A DNA stretch of 64,000 nucleotides from Octopus bimaculoides (lineage: Eukaryota). Under the pieces are notes generated by a model that worked only from the letters and a program-made list of their open reading frames with translations, ran no database searches and had not been told where the DNA came from. Both the position numbers and the translations under genes were made by a program. Shown in pieces: positions 24,304 to 38,617 of this stretch (positions are counted from its first letter, which is position 1; each line of letters opens with the position of its first letter). Where the stretch lies: assembly GCF_001194135.2 (NCBI RefSeq), contig NC_068986.1, positions 26,859,311 through 26,923,310 of the forward strand, given 5' to 3'.

Positions 24304-24499
24304 TAACCCTTTAGCATTTAAACTGATCATATTTGGCTCAAATAGTCTTCCCGTTTTGTGTTCATACTGGTCAGATCTGACCTCTCATCCCTATGCAAAG
24401 ATGTCATTCTAAAAACAGTCACATTGTTGAGATCTCAAAGTTATGAGATTATGCAGGGCTAATTCAAAACAACAGTATAATTTGTACACTAAAGGGTTA
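24304..24499. mobile_element. piggyBac-type MITE (diverged, reverse orientation)
   Basis: Ends taaccctttagcatt..actaaagggtta; internal sequence is the reverse complement of the 27189 copy. Confidence 0.6.
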
Positions 24500-27188
24500 T
24501 TAGTCATGGCAAGCATTTTTGTGTTTGTTAACAAATAGTAATACCTGTGACGGGATTTGAAGTCATAGCTTGACTTTAGTTGATGGCACTTTTTCTTCGG
24601 AAAATATCTCCAATAAAACCACCTTTGATCCTATTTGCAAAGTTGGTCCTATATAACATACTTAATGCTCAAAAAACTTTTTTCCTGAACATGTGCTGCT
24701 GAAATTGGAGTGCAACTAATATACCCAAGTGCATTTTATGCTATTAAACAAAGTAACACTTTGTTTTCTATTGCTACACCTATTGGTTTTAATTAATCAG
24801 ATTGAATCCAAGTAAATTAAGTGTATTTAATGCATTTAATTTATTTAGAATCAATGCAATAATTTGAGCTTTCTATTTTAAGATCTGCAGTCCTAGGAGG
24901 TTCATGTTTTTATCCCTAGAATTATTTTAGCAGATAAGCAGGAATTAAATCATAAATTATCATTAATTTGTTCTGCAATGTTTTCTTCACATTCTGAATT
25001 AAAAAATGAAACAAAACCAAAGCAAAACAAAGCAAGAAACTGTATTTTTGTTTTCCAAAACTTCTAGATTGAAACAAGGGTTGGGTTAGAATTGACACAA
25101 CTGGAAGTAAAGACCTGGTCTTCAGTGATGGTGAATGCAGAGGCAAATATCGACAGTGAAGACAAAATGCTATGTTTATTGATTGTAAACCATTGGTTAA
25201 TTTAGCAGCCTATTTATAAATTTAGTTCTGGAGAAGTAAGAGTGGTGGAGTATTGTCATTGCCTTTTAGTATTGTTCAGGGTTCAAAGAACAAGAGTTGA
25301 CCTTTTTTGTCCCTTCTTCCTAGGTTAGTTAAAATTACTAACCACACAACTGGTGCTGTTTGTTCAATTGACTATATTAGCTCTCTTAGGATTTTCTGCA
25401 TTACAAAAATGTGAGAAATACCTTAAGATGTTGTTTAATGAGGCAACAATCTCGGCCTGGTGAAGGTGTGTTAGGATGTTGCACTCAGAACCAGGAGGTT
25501 GTGGTTTCGATTCCTGGACCAGGTGATACATTGTATTCTTGAACAAAATATCTCAGTTCATATTGCTCCAGTCCACTCTTGTTTGCAATGGACTGGTGTC
25601 TCATCCAGTGACAATGTTGTGATCTTGGTCACTTATGCATTATAGAAACTGGGTAATCAGCCCCACGAGTCCTAGTATTTGAAACGGCAATGTTTTGGGG
25701 TTAATCATACAGCAGTCTCCACCAGCATGTCATGTTGGTGCCCCTTCCCCTTTCCCTGTACAGTCCTTGAAAGAAGGAAAAAGAAATTTCATATCTTGTA
25801 ATATTTTTTTTTTCAGCGTATCTAATAAGTAGCTAAATTTTTTATTTACCATGTCATTTATTTAAGTTTTTGGACGTGAAGTTTCTTATCACTGTGCTTG
25901 TATCCTGGCTGGCTCTAAAGTAGAAATTTTCAAAGTTTGTTACTTTTAGCTGCTCTTCCTCCCCAACTTAGTCAGGTGACTTGTCTCTAGTGTTGCTTGT
26001 GGCATTGTTGAATTTAAGGTCAAAAAGTGATAGAAATAATTCATTTGTATGAATAACTTTGGAAACATTTTAGATGTTACACAAATTCAAACTGCGTTTA
26101 TTTTTAAGGTGTTTTTATGAGCTTTACATATGTGTATATTATATGACTGATATGGAAGTTAAACTATCACTGTATGATTAACCTTTTCTTTTTCTGTATG
26201 TATGTGTATGAAAATTGGTAGGCACATACATACATACATGCATGCATACACACGTAGTCTGGTCGGTTCTAAAATGAATTATCCAAGCAAGTGTTTTTTT
26301 TATAGCTGGATGCCTGTCTTAATGTTAAGAACTCAACTGAGAAGTAGAAATAGTACCTGCTTTCAGCTAGGATGAATGAAATAAGTAATGTTCTTGATGC
26401 AAGGACATAACACAGTGCCTGTAGCTAAGTTTGAACTCGTGACCTTTTCATCAGTTTTTCAGCAATTTAGCCATGTATCTGAATCTACTTCTCTATATTA
26501 AGAAAACAAAAAAAGAAGTTAGAAATGATTTCGTTTCCCTTTGGGATATATATTTTATCTTGTTTGTGTTCCACTGAATTTAATTCATAGGAAATACTTC
26601 AAGCATTCACTAGGTTTTAAAAAGAAGTTAGTTTTTTTTTTTTCCTTCTTCCTAATCTTTACACTCACATTAAGTTCATTTTTCTTTTTGTTTCATTTTC
26701 AATGATTTATCTAATGCCATGTAAGTGTGATAAGATAGAATTGATTCCTTGACTTTTTCTTATCAGAAATATTTGTTAATAGGTGAATTGACTCTATTTA
26801 CTTACTGGAACTCTATCTGAAAAGAAAAAAAAAAGTGCAGGTTGTGACATTCATGCCTTTTTTTCTTTTTTAATTTTGAGCAAGTCATTAGTAATGTAAC
26901 GAAAGTAAAATATTTACACTTAGAAATTTAAACTAGGACATAGAAACTTAACTTCTTGTGGCCTTATCCTCTACTTTATAGCCTGGTTCCACTGTTTTTT
27001 AAAAAAAAATATCTTTACTTCATTATCTGAAGAAAGGGCTGTACAAGTCTGGTGAGAGTACTGAAGTTGATATTCTTCTTGAACAAAAACAACTCAACAA
27101 CTGCAAGAAAGACATGGACAAAGAGGGAATTTCAAAGAACTGATGTTTTGGAAAGATGGATTGGGTATAGTGGCTAGTCTGAATTCTT

Positions 27189-27392
27189 TTAACCCTTTAG
27201 CATTCAGATTACTCTGTCAAATGTTATGCTTATTTATTCACATTGTTTTGATTTAATCACACATTATCTTTGAGATTTTGATGATGTGATTGTTTATTTT
27301 TAGTGTGTCATTGTATACTGGGTTGGAGAGGCTCAATCTGGTCAGTTCGAACATAAAACAGATATGGCCTGTTTAAATGCTAAAGAGTTTAA
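27189..27392. mobile_element. piggyBac-type MITE
   Basis: TTAA-ccctttagcatt ... aatgctaaagag-tTTAA. A third, left-truncated copy lies at 51142-51352. Confidence 0.7.
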
Positions 27393-28632
27393 TACAATCT
27401 GAGTGACACAAGGAGGAGGAGAACAAGTGAGTTGACTATGTTTGAGTGGGAGTGGCACAAGATCAGTCAGCTCCAAGGACCAAGGGCTATAGCTGTAGCA
27501 GCAGAAATAGCAGAGATAGTATCTCCGTTGGCTAAAGTTTGGATTGTTGCATAAAACATATCTGAGCTGTTTGTTGTTTGTTAGGGAAGTTATTACCTTG
27601 CTTGTAAAATAAGTGGGGTTGATGATAAGAGAGGCAACTAGCTGTAAAAATGTCTGACCCATGCAAGCATGGCAAAGTAGACATTTAAAACAATAGTGAT
27701 GATGATGAGAGAGATTATTAAGTCTGCCAAATCCGAGTGAAGCCTGGTGTAGCCATCTGGTTCACCAGTCCTCAGTCAATCGTCCAACCCATGCTAGCAT
27801 GGAAAGCGGACGTTAAACGATGATGATGATGATGATGAATGTCTTATATTGTTTTTTTTTTCATGTTAGCATGGATTAGATAGTAAAGAAAATTCATATA
27901 TTTGTGTGAGATATTTACCGATGAGAAGGTATCAGAGGTGGTTAGGGAGCAAATGGCAGATTAACAGGAGTACATTGGATAATAAGTCCAAATATAGACA
28001 CGGATCTGTAGATGGAGACTTAATGGGGATATATTGGGTAATAGGCCAAAAAATATATATATACCTTTAGCTTACACCACTGTCATCACTTTAATGTTTG
28101 CTATACTGTTGTTGCTCAAGTGGGTGGATTTCTTTCTGCACTGCATGTCACCAGTCATCCTCCAAAATAAAATCGGTTATATCAAAATGAAAAACAAAAT
28201 GCATTTGAAATATATTCACACACATCAGTGTTGGAACATAGTTCTGATGCATTTTGGTATCTGAAAGAAATTTTGTTACCAATGGCAACACAATTTCCTT
28301 GAGATACTGTTGATGCTATAGGTATATGAAATACATTCAGATGCTGAACACATGTCTAAAGAAAACATTTCTTTTCTTCCCATTTGTTAACAAGAAGTAC
28401 ATTGCTTGGCTTCAATCAACTAACTTAGTGATTCTCAAATTGATCAAATACCAGGGCTCTCCACTAACATATTAATAAAATATTTTGGCCCCTCCCCCTA
28501 CTTTTTATTAACGAGAAGGCAAAATAGTTTACATGCATGTAATTCTTTCTTCAGGCACCTCATTTCTTAGAATTATGGTTTTAAAAAGTTTTCTGTTTTT
28601 GATTTTATTAACCATAGCAGTTTGCCTAAGTC

Positions 28633-28696
<64 letters not shown>

Positions 28697-29462
28697 NNNN
28701 NNNNNNNNNNNNNNNNNNNNNNNNNNNNNNNNNNNNNNNNNNNNNNNNNNNNNNNNNNNNNNNNNNNNNNNNNNNNNNNNNNNNNNNNNNNNNNNNNNNN
28801 NNNNNNNNNNNNNNNNNNNNNNNNNNNNNNNNNNNNNNNNNNNNNNNNNNNNNNNNNNNNNNNNNNNNNNNNNNNNNNNNNNNNNNNNNNNNNNNNNNNN
28901 NNNNNNNNNNNNNNNNNNNNNNNNNNNNNNNNNNNNNNNNNNNNNNNNNNNNNNNNNNNNNNNNNNNNNNNNNNNNNNNNNNNNNNNNNNNNNNNNNNNN
29001 NNNNNNNNNNNNNNNNNNNNNNNNNNNNNNNNNNNNNNNNNNNNNNNNNNNNNNNNNNNNNNNNNNNNNNNNNNNNNNNNNNNNNNNNNNNNNNNNNNNN
29101 NNNNNNNNNNNNNNNNNNNNNNNNNNNNNNNNNNNNNNNNNNNNNNNNNNNNNNNNNNNNNNNNNNNNNNNNNNNNNNNNNNNNNNNNNNNNNNNNNNNN
29201 NNNNNNNNNNNNNNNNNAGCTCACTGCTGCCTCCATGACATTTTAATGTCCCCTTTTTCTTGCTTGTGTGAGTTATATACAATTTGCTGGGGAAGATTTT
29301 CTCTGGCTGGAAATCCTTCCTGTCACCAGCTTCCATTTAAGACGATGTCCTGCCTTGGATGGTTGTTTTCATAAAAGACTGGAAATAAATGATACTGTTT
29401 ATGCGAGGGTGATGTTCATTTACAACTATCATGCAATACCATGACAAGGAGAGAGAAAGGGA

Positions 29463-29498
<36 letters not shown>

Positions 29499-29921
29499 CA
29501 CACACACCTACGACGTTTTTCAGTTTCTGTCAACCAAATCCATTCATTAGGCTTGGTCAGCCTAAGGCTGTAGTAGGAGACAGCTGCCCCAAGTTTTCAC
29601 ATTGTGGGACTGAACTTGAAACCATATAGTTGGACAGCAAACTTCTTAACCACAAAACCAAATATTTTTCATAATGTACCTGCATAGAGAGGAGCACATC
29701 GGATGTAGCTGTGCTTGTCACTCCATTTTGATATGTTATTTTCACTTTGTCCTAATCCGAATTACATGATTCTGCAAATTTAGACATTTATATTACATGA
29801 CCAGATGAGTAAGTTTGCTTTATGACTGGAATGATAGATACCATGTCTGTTACACACACACACAGTCAATTGTGGATATAGTGAAGATGGCAGATTAATT
29901 TCCATGTTTTAACTCTTGACC

Positions 29922-30405
29922 AACTGTTCTCAAGCAGGGTTCAAATGACCCTTGGGAGTCCATATAAGATTCTGTTTATGTGTAATAAAATCAGTTATAC
30001 TTCTACAATAAACAAAATATTTGGACAGTTTTTTTTTAAAATACAATTTCTAATAATATTCACTAATAAAAATATACTCTTTTACTGGTTTCAGTCATTT
30101 GACTGCGGCCATGCTAGAGCACTGCCTTTAGTGGAGCAAATCGACCCCAGGACTTATTCTTTGTAAGCCTAGTACTTATTCTATTGGTCTCTTTTGCCGA
30201 ACTGCTAAGTTACAGGAATGTAAACACACCACCATCGGTTGTCAAGCGATGTTGGGGGGACAAACACAGACATACAAACATATACACATTCATATACATA
30301 TATACGACGGGCTTCTTTCAGTTTTCCGTCTACCAAATCCACTCACAAGGCTTTGGTCGGCCCAAGGCTATAGTAGAAGACACTTGCCCAAGGTGCCATG
30401 CAGTG
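29922..30405. mobile_element. Left part of a hAT-MITE copy followed by a minus-strand SINE A, cut by a gap
   Basis: caactgttctcaagcagggt..gacccttgggagtccatataagatt resembles the start of the 48077 element. The SINE A reverse complement runs 30078-30405. Confidence 0.6.
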
Positions 30406-30958
30406 NNNNNNNNNNNNNNNNNNNNNNNNNNNNNNNNNNNNNNNNNNNNNNNNNNNNNNNNNNNNNNNNNNNNNNNNNNNNNNNNNNNNNNNNNNNNNNN
30501 NNNNNNNNNNNNNNNNNNNNNNNNNNNNNNNNNNNNNNNNNNNNNNNNNNNNNNNNNNNNNNNNNNNNNNNNNNNNNNNNNNNNNNNNNNNNNNNNNNNN
30601 NNNNNNNNNNNNNNNNNNNNNNNNNNNNNNNNNNNNNNNNNNNNNNNNNNNNNNNNNNNNNNNNNNNNNNNNNNNNNNNNNNNNNNNNNNNNNNNNNNNN
30701 NNNNNNNNNNNNNNNNNNNNNNNNNNNNNNNNNNNNNNNNNNNNNNNNNNNNNNNNNNNNNNNNNNNNNNNNNNNNNNNNNNNNNNNNNNNNNNNNNNNN
30801 NNNNNNNNNNNNNNNNNNNNNNNNNNNNNNNNNNNNNNNNNNNNNNNNNNNNNNNNCACAACACACACACACACACACACACACCCACTCTCTCTCTTTT
30901 ATGCTTTCTTCTACTCCTTGTTTTCTTCCTGACTCCTTCCTCATCTACTCTCTCTTTT

Positions 30959-30989
<31 letters not shown>

Positions 30990-31007
30990 TTCTCTCCCTC
31001 TCTCTCT

Positions 31008-31044
<37 letters not shown>

Positions 31045-31660
31045 TCTCTCTCTCTCTAGTGTCCTCTGTCCTCCATTGTTCCTCCTTTTCTCTCTCCTCA
31101 TCCCCTCTCTTTTACTAATTTCCTTAAGCCCTGCTTCCCTTCTCTCTCTCTATTATCACATCTTCCTTCCTTATTTCTATTAGAATACTTTAAACTGTCT
31201 GTCTCTCCCTATCTCTCCCTATCTCTCCCTATCCCCTCTTCCTATTGACCTTCTTTCTTCCTCTTCCTACTCATTCCCCTCTTTTTCCCCTTCTGCTTAT
31301 GTGCATCCACCCTTTTCCTCCTGCACCGTTTCTTCTCTACACCACCACCACCACCATCACTACCATCACTTCTACCCTGTAGCAGCTGTTCTGCACCGTT
31401 CTTGCCAGCTTCCATTAATTGTTATATACATCATGTTTTTAAATACCCATCACTGTTTACAACACTTCACTATTTTCTCATTTCCCCTTCTTCTCTCCTC
31501 CTCTTCTTCCTCCTCTTCCTCTCCAGTTATTCCTTTTATTATTTATTATTATTTGTTGATTATTTTTTTCTTTCTTTCTCTTCATTTTAAGTTGAGGGAG
31601 GTCAATATAGAAACAAGGTGGAAGAGAAGGGTGTAGATAAAGAAAGAGATACATTACAAA

Positions 31661-31699
<39 letters not shown>

Positions 31700-31993
31700 C
31701 CCAAGCATTATCATCATCATCGTCAATACTGCCATTTAATGTTAGTTTTCATACACACACATATGAGTGTACACACGCAGAGAGAGAGAGAGAAGGAAAG
31801 AGGGGGGAGGGAATGAAAATAAGGGACAGTGAAAGAATAGATTGATGGAGAGGGTCTTTGACTGAGAGAGAGATATAAGGATACAAAAAGATGCAGATTG
31901 ATGGGAAGATTGAGGTAAAATGATAGGTGTGTGTGTGTGTGTGCATGAGAGAAAGGGTGTCAGAAAGGGATACAAAATGTGTGTATGTATACA

Positions 31994-32038
<45 letters not shown>

Positions 32039-32426
32039 TGTTGGGCTTTGGGAGAGTTATTAAGCCAGTAATATATATATATATANNNNNNNNNNNNNNN
32101 NNNNNNNNNNNNNNNNNNNNNNNNNNNNNNNNNNNNNNNNNNNNNNNNNNNNNNNNNNNNNNNNNNNNNNNNNNNNNNNNNNNNNNNNNNNNNNNNNNNN
32201 NNNNNNNNNNNNNNNNNNNNNNNNNNNNNNNNNNNNNNNNNNNNNNNNNNNNNNNNNNNNNNNNNNNNNNNNNNNNNNNNNNNNNNNNNNNNNNNNNNNN
32301 NNNNNNNNNNNNNNNNNNNNNNNNNNNNNNNNNNNNNNNNNNNNNNNNNNNNNNNNNAGGGTGTCAGAAAAGGATACAAAGGAGTAGGAAAGGAAAGAAA
32401 GACTGCTTAAGCTGTGAATAAAAAGG

Positions 32427-32480
<54 letters not shown>

Positions 32481-33001
32481 TGGAGACAAGAGAAGCTGGG
32501 AAAATAAAGTGTCTTTCTTTTTCTCTCTCTCTATCTCTTCCATACACACACACATACACATGCCATACACTCTTCTTAAAGTAAACTAAAGAGAAACAAT
32601 AGGAAAACATTAAATACATTAAAAAAAAAAAAAAATTGGTTCACTGGAAGTGAAATTGTTATTTAAGCTGTTTTTTCCCTTTATTTATTCTAGCTGAAGA
32701 TGTTTGCTTTGTTTTATTGTCCTTTATTACATCAGAATTGGCTAGAGAAACATCCTTTGGATAACTAACTGTTTACTGCTTCTTCTTCTAATAATTACAG
32801 CACACATTCTGTTCTGTGTAAGGGTGTGTGCATCTGTATATGTGCTCTTTTGGGTGTGTGTGTGTCTATATATATGTATGTATGTGTGTGTGTATATATA
32901 TNNNNNNNNNNNNNNNNNNNNNNNNNNNNNNNNNNNNNNNNNNNNNNNNNNNNNNNNNNNNNNNNNNNNNNNNNNNNNNNNNNNNNNNNNNNNNNNNNNN
33001 N

Positions 33002-33037
<36 letters not shown>

Positions 33038-33592
33038 AAGCACACACATACTTACACACTGGTATATATGCTTTCCAATTTAAAACCTTAATATGTATAG
33101 TGATTTTTTTTGTTTTTTTGTTTTTTTTTTACTTTTATTTATTTTTATGTTTTTAATGGATGACATCTTCATGATAGCATTCTATACACACACACAGATT
33201 TATAAACATTCATCTTCTACATATTAACTTCTACAGATCTTCTCCACCTACTTGTGCTTTCTTTGAGATTTGTTTCATTTTCTGTCTTACATTTCTCTTT
33301 TTCTTTTTTTCCATTCTCTTCCTTTTTTTCCTTTCTTTTCACAGTATTTATTTATTTATTTCATTTATTTACATATTTTTTTTAAAGCTATTCAATTTTA
33401 TTGAATTTTTATTTTATTTTTAATTTTCTTCTTTATTTTAATTCATCAATCTCTATTCAATAATTCTTTTTCCTATAGTAGTCTCATTGAATATTTTTCA
33501 TTCTGATTTCAAAAATTTTCCTATATTTTTTTTTCTTCATTTGTTTGTTTCTTTGTTCTTATGCTAGATTTTTATTGTTTTTTTTTGCTGTA

Positions 33593-33631
<39 letters not shown>

Positions 33632-35096
33632 GTTATTATTATTTAGTTTTCATATTTTAATGTTGATATTCATTGATTTACATTTAAACACACACGCACA
33701 TGCAAAACACACACACACACACACACACAGAAACACACAACAACAACGCACGCATAACCACACACACACACGCACACACACTTAAAGATGATGGAAACAA
33801 GGAAAAACAAGAAATCCATTCTCTCTATATTCCCTTTTGACATTCTCTTTCAAACCCTTTTCGTCCCCTCTTCTCTCTCTCTCTCTCTCTCTATCTTTCT
33901 ATGNNNNNNNNNNNNNNNNNNNNNNNNNNNNNNNNNNNNNNNNNNNNNNNNNNNNNNNNNNNNNNNNNNNNNNNNNNNNNNNNNNNNNNNNNNNNNNNNN
34001 NNNNNNNNNNNNNNNNNNNNNNNNNNNNNNNNNNNNNNNNNNNNNNNNNNNNNNNNNNNNNNNNNNNNNNNNNNNNNNNNNNNNNNNNNNNNNNNNNNNN
34101 NNNNNNNNNNNNNNNNNNNNNNNNNNNNNNNNNNNNNNNNNNNNNNNNNNNNNNNNNNNNNNNNNNNNNNNNNNNNNNNNNNNNNNNNNNNNNNNNNNNN
34201 NNNNNNNNNNNNNNNNNNNNNNNNNNNNNNNNNNNNNNNNNNNNNNNNNNNNNNNNNNNNNNNNNNNNNNNNNNNNNNNNNNNNNNNNNNNNNNNNNNNN
34301 NNNNNNNNNNNNNNNNNNNNNNNNNNNNNNNNNNNNNNNTGTGTGTGTGTGTGTGTGTGTACACAAATATGTGTGTATGTGTGTGTGTATAGATATATAT
34401 ATGTGTGTGTGTGTGTGTAATATGTATGTAATTTTGAATATGTGTGTGTGTGTCTTCTTTCCCAAATAATTCCCATCAAATAGGCAAACTTAGAAAATCT
34501 ATTTTCAGATCAACCTAATAGATTTTCTTTTCATAACCAATTTCAATGTTTCTTCTCTTGTTATTTAGGTTTCCAAGTTTTTAATTTTCTTTTTTCCTTG
34601 TTTTTTTTTCCTTTTTTCCTTTTTTTTTCTTTTTCTTGTCAGTCTTTATTTTTTCTCTCTTTTCTTTTTCTTTTTTTTTTTTTGGTATTTTTGTGTCTTA
34701 TTTTCTTTTCTCCATAAGATCACGGAAAAAAATATTTTCTTCGTATTTCTGTTCGAGGTTTTTTTAATTTTTTTTTTATTTCATTTCTTCATCTGAGAGA
34801 TGAACGCCATCTCTATTAACTTTCTTTCTTCTTTAGTTAATCTAATTTAAATTTTTTTTTCTTCTTTTCACATACATACTCACTTCTTTTTTTTCTTTCC
34901 TTCTCTTTTCAAACACTCACCTTTCTTTGTTTTTTTTTTTATTTTTACTATTATGAATTTCATTCTTTTTCTCCTCTCCCCTAATTTCTTTTTCTTCCTT
35001 TCCCTTCCTTTTTACTCTTTTCTTTCTCTAATTTTCTTTCTTTCTTAGCTTCCTCATTCATTCCATTCTTTGTCCTCAACCATTTCCCTCTCTCTC

Positions 35097-35146
<50 letters not shown>

Positions 35147-37832
35147 TTATTCATAATATTTCATTTATAAATACTCTATTTATTCTATATTGTGTTTCCA
35201 AATCCCTCCTTCTATATAACTTATCCAGACCCCTCCCACTATTCTACATTTCGCATTTCAATACTACCACCAATTTTATTTCTAGGCTCAAACATAAAAA
35301 CGACAAAAACAAAAAAAGTACCCTAAAGAAAAAGGCTACCTTTGACCTTTCTTCATTTTATCATTCTTTTCCGAATCCTTTTCTGAACTCTATCACATAA
35401 ATGCATGCATGTGTGCACACATGTGCATGCACACACCTGTAGCTGTCAACTTCCATGGTACTCTTGCAATCCCATCTTTGATGTGGGTTTGTTTGTTTAC
35501 CCATAGTTCAGTACAATTACAGCCAGCCATCACTTACAAGGAAGTATGGCTTGGTAACCTGCATCATACTTTCACTAATTGTTTTAGGTTCCTATGAAGT
35601 CACAAGCAGACGTAGATACCCTATCAGGGCTCTTCACTAGAACTGCTATACTATGATAGTTGGCGGAAGAGAGGGTTGCACCTGTTCTTGGCTGAATAGA
35701 GTGAAGTAGTGTGCAATGGTGTTTCTTGCCCAAGAACACAATGCACTTCTGTCTAGGAATCGAACCCAAAACCTTATGTTAATTAGCCAAACACTACAAC
35801 CACTTGGTCATGAGCTTTCACATTTTGCTCACAGCTCAGGTGATGACACCACTCCGTTTTTTTTTCTTCTTTTTACTTCACTCTTGTACTAAAGGCAAAG
35901 GTCTGAACTGTCTGTTGTTTAATCTACACAACCATAGAACTTACCAAAATTTCCTAATGGTCTAATTCAGTCTTGAGCAGACTGTGTCCTGCAGGACTTT
36001 CTGAATGGTATGCCTAATGAAACATTACCTTGAGTTTTTTTTTTTTTTGAAAGTAGTGTAACCCATCTGTTGATGAGTCACTTCTCCTGTGGCCTGCTTC
36101 TAAAAAATGAAAAAAAAAAAAGGGGTTGTTCATACCCGATCTAATTGTTACCATGATATTCCATATCAGTTTTCTTTGGTTTCTGTTGGTTTCCAGTTGT
36201 CATCTTGTCTCTATTTTCTTTGATGTCTTTCTCCTCACACACTCATCTGAAAGTATCAGTATTTCTGACTCTCATATTGGCATAGCTTTGACCTCACTAC
36301 ACTAGTCACCAATCTTCGTTCTTTTACTGCTGTTGCCTGACCTAACCCCACCCCACTATGCTAACTGTTGGCCTTTTGTCTTGACTCCCCCTTGCTACAC
36401 TATTGACCTTCTGGTCTCTTGCTCCTCCTGCGATAGCTATTAACCTTGTTGTCTCTCATCCCTACTATACAAGCTATTAACCTTTCTTGTCTCTGACCCC
36501 ACTACACTAGCTATCAGTGGTACCCATGTCTCCTTTACCATTGCCAGCTAAACACACTCCTCTAATGTGAATTGCCCCATGTCTTTCTTGCTGACACCTA
36601 GTTACCAATCACCCCCACATTTGGCACTTAACCCCGTTCCTGTCTCTACCTGATTACTACTGTCAAATTTAAACACTTTACCTCACACTACTGTCTACTG
36701 CTATGTGTCCACACAGTCTAACTCTTCGCTTCCATCTCCTACACAGATGTCTAGTGCCAGGTTTCCATAGACACTTAGACCTCCCACACAGCTGTTCACT
36801 GACATGTCTGGATCTACCCTCGCCATCACACAACTGTCCACTATCACAAAGTCCATTGTTTCTAAATGTCTACTTTCATACTTTGACACAGCAGTACACT
36901 GCCATTTCAATTTTTTGTAAAAAGAAAAAGGACAGGAATCTCACTTACTTTCTCTCTTTTTCTTTGTTTCTCACTCTCTCTTTCTCTCTCTCTCTNNNNN
37001 NNNNNNNNNNNNNNNNNNNNNNNNNNNNNNNNNNNNNNNNNNNNNNNNNNNNNNNNNNNNNNNNNNNNNNNNNNNNNNNNNNNNNNNNNNNNNNNNNNNN
37101 NNNNNNNNNNNNNNNNNNNNNNNNNNNNNNNNNNNNNNNNNNNNNNNNNNNNNNNNNNNNNNNNNNNNNNNNNNNNNNNNNNNNNNNNNNNNNNNNNNNN
37201 NNNNNNNNNNNNNNNNNNNNNNNNNNNNNNNNNNNNNNNNNNNNNNNNNNNNNNNNNNNNNNNNNNNNNNNNNNNNNNNNNNNNNNNNNNNNNNNNNNNN
37301 NNNNNNNNNNNNNNNNNNNNNNNNNNNNNNNNNNNNNNNNNNNNNNNNNNNNNNNNNNNNNNNNNNNNNNNNNNNNNNNNNNNNNNNNNNNNNNNNNNNN
37401 NNNNNNNNNNNNNNNNNNNNNNNNNNNNNNNNNNNNNNNNNNNNNNNNNNNNNNNNNNNNNNNNNNNNNNNNNNNNNNNNNNNNNNNNNNNNNNNNNNNN
37501 NNNNNNNNNNNNNNNNNNNNNNNNNNNNNNNNNNNNNNNNNNNNNNNNNNNNNNNNNNNNNNNNNNNNNNNNNNNATTATTGTTTATTTGTCATAGGTTG
37601 GTCTCTAAAACTTTTGGAACACCCCAATTATCTCTCTCTCTCAGTTCTCCTTCAGTCTGATTAATCTCTCTCTCTCCCTCTCTCTCCCTCCCTCTCACAC
37701 ACATACTCTACTTTCTTCCCGTACTCTGCCTTTTCCTCTCATTTTGCTTTCCCTCTTACTGTTTCTTTCAACTCTCTCCCCCCCTCTCTCCCTCTCTTGA
37801 ATATCTATCTGTATCATTTTCTATCACTTAAC

Positions 37833-38148
37833 TGTCTCTCTCTGTCTGTCTCTCTCTGTGTCTGTCTGTCTCTCTCTCTTTCTGTCTGTCTCTCTCTCTG
37901 TCTGTCTCTCTCTCTGTCTGTCTCTCTCTGTCTGTCTCTCTCTCTCTCTGTCTGTCTCTCTATCTCTCTCTCTGTCTCTCTCTCTCTCTGTCCGTCTCTC
38001 TCTCTCTGTCTGTCTCTCTCTCTCTGTCTGTCTCTCTCTTTCTGTCTCTCTGTCTCTCTCTTTCTGTCTCTCTGTCTCTCTCTCTGTCTGTATCTCTCTC
38101 TCTGTGTCTGTCTGTCTGTCTCTCTCTGTCTCTCTCTCTTTCTCTCTA

Positions 38149-38181
<33 letters not shown>

Positions 38182-38402
38182 GTCTGTCTCTCTCTCTGTC
38201 TGTCCGTCTCTCTCTGTCTGTCTGTCTCTCTCTGTCTGTCTCTCTCTGTGTCTGTCTCTGTCTGTCTCTCTGTCTGTCTCTCTCTCTCTGTCTCTCTCTG
38301 TCTGTCTCTCTCTGTCTGTCTCTCTCTCTGTCTCTCTGTCTCTTTCTCTCTGTCTCTCTCTCTCTCTCTGTCTGTCTGTCTCTCTCTGTGTCTGTCTGTC
38401 TG

Positions 38403-38439
<37 letters not shown>

Positions 38440-38550
38440 GTCTGTCTCTCTCTCTCTCTGTCTGTCTGTCTCTCTCTGTCTGTCTCTCTCTTTCTCTGTC
38501 TCTCTCTCTCTCTCTCTGTGTCTGTCTCTGTCTCTCTCTCTCTCTCTCTC

Positions 38551-38609
<59 letters not shown>

Positions 38610-38617
38610 CTCTGTCT
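37833..38617. repeat. Long compound (CT)n/(CTGT)n tract
   Basis: About 785 nt almost entirely of CT and CTGT units, followed by a 513-N gap. Confidence 0.95.

Noticed and set aside
25071-25206. Acceptor followed by IETRVGLELTQLEVK, vaguely like SMG5 LQLEVSQLE
   Set aside because: Wrong phase for the 20041 donor, no good donor before the stop, and out of order with the missing LPED and RICC exons.
31955-32385. Repeated agggtgtcagaaa(g/a)ggatacaaa on both sides of a gap
   Set aside because: Probably redundant scaffolding around the gap; too short to interpret.
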